Source: Candidatus Rariloculaceae bacterium
Lineage (GTDB): Bacteria > Pseudomonadota > Gammaproteobacteria > Steroidobacterales > Rariloculaceae
Direction: 5' to 3'
NCBI GenBank assembly: GCA_965223375.1
Contig: OZ245000.1
Coordinates: forward strand, 275,062-339,061
Length of the DNA: 64,000 nucleotides
In this document: piece after piece, positions 59,691-64,000 of the stretch
How positions within the stretch are numbered: the stretch's first letter is position 1
Layout of the letters: each line of letters opens with the position of its first letter
Translations under genes and position numbers: made by a program
The notes under the pieces: model-generated
The model's input: only the letters and a program-made list of their open reading frames with translations
Told to the model about the DNA's origin: nothing
Databases searched by the model: none

Positions 59691-60953
59691 TCAATCCGCC
59701 TCCCCGGCAGGTGAAATCTTCAATATCGAACCGTTCGGCGTCAGCCTTGCACTACCGGGTCCGGACTGCAGGTCGCGCTCGACCGCGATATAGATGGCGC
59801 CATCCGGTCCCTGGCGCACATCGCGGACGCGAACGTCGAGCGGAATCAGCATCGACTCGCGCCGCTCGGTCTGCGGCGGGGGCTGCTCGAATGCGACGCG
59901 CTGCAGTTGCTGGCCACTCAGCGCACCGAGGAAAAAGTGGCCCTGCCAGCGCGAAAACTGCTCGCCACTGTAGATCATCAGACTCGAAGGGCTGATTGCC
60001 GGGACCCAGAACATCACCGGCATCTCGATCCCGGGCCGCCACCACGACTGATCGGATGACAGGTTGCCCGTATAGATCTTGCCGAGCGATACCAGCGGCC
60101 AGCCATAATTCGACCCGGGGACCAGGCGGTTCAGCTCGTCCCCGGCCATCGGTCCGATTTCGGTGGCCCACAGGTCGCCGGTCTCGGGATGCCACGCAAG
60201 CCCCTGCACATTACGGTGACCGTAGGTGTAAATCTCGGCCCGCGCTTCATCGCGGCCGACGAAGGGGTTGTCGACCGGCGCGGTTCCGTCGTCCCGCAGC
60301 CGAAGGACCTTGCCGACATGGGTCTCGAGCGACTGCGCCAGCAATCGGTCGGCCGGGTCGTCCGTGGTGTTCAGGCCGTCACGATCGCCCACGGTCAGAT
60401 AGATCATCCCGTCCGGGCCGAACTCGGCACGGCCGGCCGTTGCGCCGGTACCCCAGGCATCGGCAACGAACACATCCTCGAGGTCGGTAAGCGCGCGACC
60501 ATCGAAGCGGGCCCCCGCCAGTGCAACGGTGGTCTGACCTCCATCGCGCGACTTCACGTACGAGAAGAAAATCCGCCGATTGCGCTCGAAGTCCGGGTGC
60601 AGGATGACGGAGTTCAGACTGCGGGAACGCAACGCCTCATCGGGCCAACCGGCGACCGGCTCCGGATCGAGTGCACCCCCGCGCACGATGCGCAGACTGC
60701 CTGGCAGCTCCGTGACCAGCATGTCCGTACCGCCCGGCAGAAACGTCAGATGCCAGGGGCGGACCAGCCCGTAGGCGACGGTCGTCACGTGAATGCGCAC
60801 GAGATCGCCCGCGGGGCAGCCGCCGTGACGCCCGCCGTTGGGGGAACAGACCCCGGGTGTATAGGTATCGAAAATCCACTCGTTCTGGCTTTGTGCCGCG
60901 CAGATGCCCGAACAAAGCGCGAGCGCGCAGAACGCCGACGGAAGTGAATGCAT
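59691..60953 (-). CDS. PQQ-dependent sugar dehydrogenase (GSDH/YliI family)
   Basis: PWHLTFLP, FGPDGMIY, GKVLRL, YTYGHRNVQG, GDELN, NYGWP, RVRDVRQGPDG. Confidence 0.88.
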   Translation of the reverse strand: MHSLPSAFCALALCSGICAAQSQNEWIFDTYTPGVCSPNGGRHGGCPAGDLVRIHVTTVAYGLVRPWHLTFLPGGTDMLVTELPGSLRIVRGGALDPEPVAGWPDEALRSRSLNSVILHPDFERNRRIFFSYVKSRDGGQTTVALAGARFDGRALTDLEDVFVADAWGTGATAGRAEFGPDGMIYLTVGDRDGLNTTDDPADRLLAQSLETHVGKVLRLRDDGTAPVDNPFVGRDEARAEIYTYGHRNVQGLAWHPETGDLWATEIGPMAGDELNRLVPGSNYGWPLVSLGKIYTGNLSSDQSWWRPGIEMPVMFWVPAISPSSLMIYSGEQFSRWQGHFFLGALSGQQLQRVAFEQPPPQTERRESMLIPLDVRVRDVRQGPDGAIYIAVERDLQSGPGSARLTPNGSILKISPAGEAD

Positions 60954-61092
60954 CTCCCCCTGCTCCACCGGACTACGCCTTATCCGACGATAGGCGGAGC
61001 GCGCGCGGGACGTCAAGTCAGGTCGCAGAGTCAGGCTGCGGAGCCAGGCGGAGATCCGCCGGTCCGCGGCTGGAGCCGGGAGATTGCTGCCA

Positions 61093-61138
61093 GCCCGGAA
61101 ATCTCACCGATTCACGGGAGAGATTTCCCGGCTAGTCG
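61093..61138. repeat. 46-bp palindromic element, copy 2
   Basis: Near-identical to 57405-57450; also overlaps the TAG stop of a minus-strand gene. Confidence 0.85.
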
Positions 61139-61521
61139 GACGGTGTCGGGATTGTGCCGCCTTCCTCCCCCGAAGGGTCGCTGGCATCGTCGCCCGAGGG
61201 ATCGTCGGCATCACTGGCGGCCAACGGCGTCTTGGTATCGGCTGCCGGCTCAATCGGAACGTCCACGGAACGGACGACCTCGACTTCACTGTCGCCGTCG
61301 CGGCGGGCCGGAGACGTGACCTTGACCTCGACGACGGGGTGCCCGGCTGAATCCGGCTTCAGCTGGACCTCGACTGCGGGCTCGGGCGGCAGATTCTCGC
61401 GCCTGTCCGGTCCGCGATAGCGTTTCGTCACAATCTCGGGGTTACGGGGAAAGGCCGCCATCTGCTGCCTGAGCTTGTCGGCGTCGCTGGAACTCAATGC
61501 TGGCACCGTTCGTACGTTCAA
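61132..61521 (-). CDS. Hypothetical protein with acidic tail
   Basis: ORF with YRGPDRR and a low-complexity D/S-rich C-terminus; start uncertain. Confidence 0.45.
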   Translation of the reverse strand: MNVRTVPALSSSDADKLRQQMAAFPRNPEIVTKRYRGPDRRENLPPEPAVEVQLKPDSAGHPVVEVKVTSPARRDGDSEVEVVRSVDVPIEPAADTKTPLAASDADDPSGDDASDPSGEEGGTIPTPSD

Positions 61522-61710
61522 GAACGCCGGTCAGTGTGCCGAATACTGCGGCGCTGCAGGATGACCCGTGTCACAAAGCAGTCACGCGGGCGGTGGCCCG
61601 CAATACCGCTCGCGCGGCTGCACGGCCGCGCCGGCTGCCGTTTGCGCCGACCGCCGGGCCGTAGCACTATGGACCGGCACATCGTTCGACGGCTCTAGGG
61701 GAGGGGTGCG

Positions 61711-62139
61711 ATGCGAACCGTTCGCGACATTCTTGAGAAGAAGGGCTCGACGGTATTTTCCGTAGCGCCCACAGCTACGGTACTCGACGCGCTTGGACTG
61801 ATGGCCGAGCATGACGTCGGGGGCGTGCTCGTCATCGAGGGAGATGAGCTGGTCGGCATACTCACCGAGAGAGACTACGCCCGCAGGGTAGTTTTGATGG
61901 GCCGCGCATCGAGAGATTCGGCCGTCACCGACGTGATGACGGATAACGTCGTCTGCGTGACGCCCGAGCGGACGGTTTCGGAGTGCATGGCCCTGATGAC
62001 GGAGCAGCGGGTCCGACACCTGCCGGTCATGGATCGAAAGAAGCTGGCCGGGCTCGTGTCGATCGGTGACGTCGTCAAGGCAACGATCGCCGACCAGGAA
62101 TTCGAAATTACGCAGCTACAAAGCTACATCACGGGCTGA
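61711..62139 (+). CDS. CBS-domain protein
   Basis: LVGILTERDYAR, RVRHLPV, GLVSIGDVVK; GGAGG RBS. Confidence 0.92.
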   Translation: MRTVRDILEKKGSTVFSVAPTATVLDALGLMAEHDVGGVLVIEGDELVGILTERDYARRVVLMGRASRDSAVTDVMTDNVVCVTPERTVSECMALMTEQRVRHLPVMDRKKLAGLVSIGDVVKATIADQEFEITQLQSYITG

Positions 62140-62274
62140 CTGCCCGCCGGGCCGCGAGCGCTTCCACGAAAGCCAGGGTAAAGAGTGCGCCGGCGGCCCG
62201 GCGACGGGGGGGCCACCGGACCGCCGAGCGCGGGCAACCCGGAGCGCAAGTCTGCAGCGCACCGGGTCTACCGC

Positions 62275-63534
62275 CTACCGAGCCGTGATCACCAGAACCA
62301 CGCGCCGGTTTTGCCGCTTACCTGCTGCAGTCGAGTTATCCGCGACAGGACTGGATTCTCCGTAACCCCGAGCCACGAGCCGGTCCGGCGCGACACCACG
62401 ATCGATGAGGAATTCGCGAACGGTATTCGCGCGCCTCGCTGACAGATCCTGGTTGTAACTCTCGGCACCGTCGCTGTCGGTGTGCCCGGCTACCTCTACG
62501 GAGATTTCAGGGTTGTTGATCAGCGTTTGGGCCGCGCCCTCGAGCTCGGACGTTGCTTCCGGCAACAGCTCGTCGGAGTCGGTAAGGAACTGCACACCAG
62601 GCAGTTCTATCTCGTCGCCGATCTCGCAGCCGTTGATGTCCACCTGCGCGCCCGGGCGTGTATCCGGACATCGATCGAGTCGATCGACGACGCCATCGCC
62701 GTCTCCATCGAGCTCACAGCCATCGCTTCCGACCGTTGCGCCGGCAACAGTTTCCGGGCACCGGTCCTGATAATCGGCAACTCCGTCACGATCACTGTCC
62801 GGCGCACAGCCGGCGGCATCGACCGCAACGCCAGCCGGTGTTCCCGGACACATGTCAATCGAGTCCGGCACACCGTCGCCGTCGGTGTCGACCGGCTCGG
62901 GGCAGCCCGTTGCATCCACCGGCGTGCCGGCAGGCGTGTTCGGACAGCGATCCATCGCATCCTCGACGCCATCACCATCGGCATCGCGGAAACGGCGGCC
63001 CGTCCGGCCGAAAGGCAACTGCAGCCCGAGGCTCAGAATATTGTCATCGCCGTCGGTCCCGAAAGCCCGGTCGCGGCGATGGCGGAATTCGGCACGCAGC
63101 GCCGCTCTGCCGTCGCGCGCGAAGTCTGCAAGGAAGCCGATACCGAAGGACGCTGTCTCCGACCCGTCGTCGTCCACACCGCCATCCACGTCCGAATCGA
63201 GTAGCCCGAGGCCCGCGAATATGTACGGGCTGAATCTGCGCTCCCGAGCGAACACGCGCTGAAAGTCGACGCCGTAGCCCTTCTGTGTTTGTCCGGCCGG
63301 CCCCTCTGGATCGTACTTGCTGTAATAGCCCTCGACGTTCCAGCGCTCGCTTATCGCGGACCCTATCCCCAGGTGGATGCCGAGGTCCGAGTCGTAGGCC
63401 TTGTCCGAATTGTCGTCAATCCAGGAAATCAGCGGCGATACATAGATTTCGCCGTCCACGGCTTCCGCCATTACCGTTCCGCAGAGCGTAATCCCGAACG
63501 GGATCGAGAGCAGACAGAGCTTTCGGACCAACAT
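62275..63534 (-). CDS. OmpA/OprF-like outer membrane protein with thrombospondin type-3 repeats
   Basis: N-terminal beta-barrel, four DxDGDGVxDxxDxCP repeats, OmpA C-terminus (GHTDS, LSARRA, NRRV). Confidence 0.92.
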   Translation of the reverse strand: MLVRKLCLLSIPFGITLCGTVMAEAVDGEIYVSPLISWIDDNSDKAYDSDLGIHLGIGSAISERWNVEGYYSKYDPEGPAGQTQKGYGVDFQRVFARERRFSPYIFAGLGLLDSDVDGGVDDDGSETASFGIGFLADFARDGRAALRAEFRHRRDRAFGTDGDDNILSLGLQLPFGRTGRRFRDADGDGVEDAMDRCPNTPAGTPVDATGCPEPVDTDGDGVPDSIDMCPGTPAGVAVDAAGCAPDSDRDGVADYQDRCPETVAGATVGSDGCELDGDGDGVVDRLDRCPDTRPGAQVDINGCEIGDEIELPGVQFLTDSDELLPEATSELEGAAQTLINNPEISVEVAGHTDSDGAESYNQDLSARRANTVREFLIDRGVAPDRLVARGYGESSPVADNSTAAGKRQNRRVVLVITAR

Positions 63535-63606
63535 CGCAAACTCCAGGACTCATCGTCATTGAACAGTCACCCCTCGGACTCTCGTCCTCGGGACCCTTCA
63601 ATGAGA

Positions 63607-63634
63607 TTCGACTTGGCATCCGCGCGAAAAGTCA
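63607..63634 (-). promoter_or_regulatory. Candidate ECF-sigma promoter of the OprF-like gene
   Basis: Minus strand TGACTT-N16-GTCGAA resembles the GAACTT-N16-GTCnAA ECF consensus. Confidence 0.4.
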
Positions 63635-63642
63635 CAAACTCG

Positions 63643-64000
63643 TCAAACGTTCCCTTTCAACTTGTCGATGGCCCGGTAGATTCGCATCTTGGTCGCGCTG
63701 AGCGTCAAGCCCGTTGAGTCGGCAATTTCCTCGAAACTCATGTCTGCGACGAAGCGCAGAACAATGAGGTTGCGGTCCGCTTCGCCCAGCATCGCGAGCA
63801 GGCTCTCCGTATCCATTCGCCCGGTATCTATGCGTGCCGCTTCCGGGCCGCCCCCCTCAACCTGCAGCGCCGATGCTAGGTCCGCCTGCCTGCGCCGCCT
63901 GGCCCGCAGCGTGCTGCAGCTATTTATGACGATTCTGGTCAGCCACGTCCGGAACTTCGAACGGCTCTCGAATTGAGGTAACGCGGTGAAAACCTTGAAC
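63643..64000 (-). CDS. ECF sigma factor, SigX-like, C-terminal part
   Basis: Manual translation FESRSKFRTWLTRIVIN...LIVLRFVADMSFEEIADSTGLTLSATKMRIYRA (regions 2 and 4); upstream of the oprF-like gene as in Pseudomonas sigX-oprF. Not in the ORF track. Confidence 0.85.
   Translation of the reverse strand, partial: FKVFTALPQFESRSKFRTWLTRIVINSCSTLRARRRRQADLASALQVEGGGPEAARIDTGRMDTESLLAMLGEADRNLIVLRFVADMSFEEIADSTGLTLSATKMRIYRAIDKLKGNV

Noticed and set aside
62600-62990. Periodic DNA repeats
   Set aside because: Explained by the coding thrombospondin type-3 repeats of the OmpA-like protein.

Overview
High-GC bacterial chromosome segment; the ppsR-ppsA, prp and ECF sigma-oprF-like arrangements suggest a gammaproteobacterium. 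Left to right it contains: a fucose-based glycan cluster (GT4 fragment, asnB-type amidotransferase, gmd, fcl, FkbM-like methyltransferase, fucosyltransferase-like gene); an EctR-like regulator heading de novo glycine-betaine synthesis (GSMT, SDMT, BCCT transporter); a CPA2 antiporter, HpaB-family oxygenase, ALDH and RidA; ppsR/ppsA; a methylcitrate cluster with ETF-QO inside it; a SelD fusion, GntP and a T1SS-like trio; and an AlbA-like gene. Next is an ~8.8 kb, more AT-rich island without an integrase, bounded by a 24-bp direct repeat of the tRNA-Sec 3' end. It carries a coupled Ser/Thr kinase + TIM-barrel-like + wHTH/PD-(D/E)XK operon, a candidate undescribed defence system. After it come selC-selB-selA and, divergently, a thioredoxin reductase plus a 544-aa UGSC-type selenoprotein that the ORF track splits at an in-frame UGA followed by a SECIS-like hairpin. 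The window ends with a hydroxycinnamoyl-CoA hydratase/lyase, a bufferin-type MNIO RiPP cluster, two families of small palindromic repeats, secreted proteins, an OmpA/OprF-like gene and a partial ECF sigma factor. Family assignments come from motifs recognised by eye; no searches were run.
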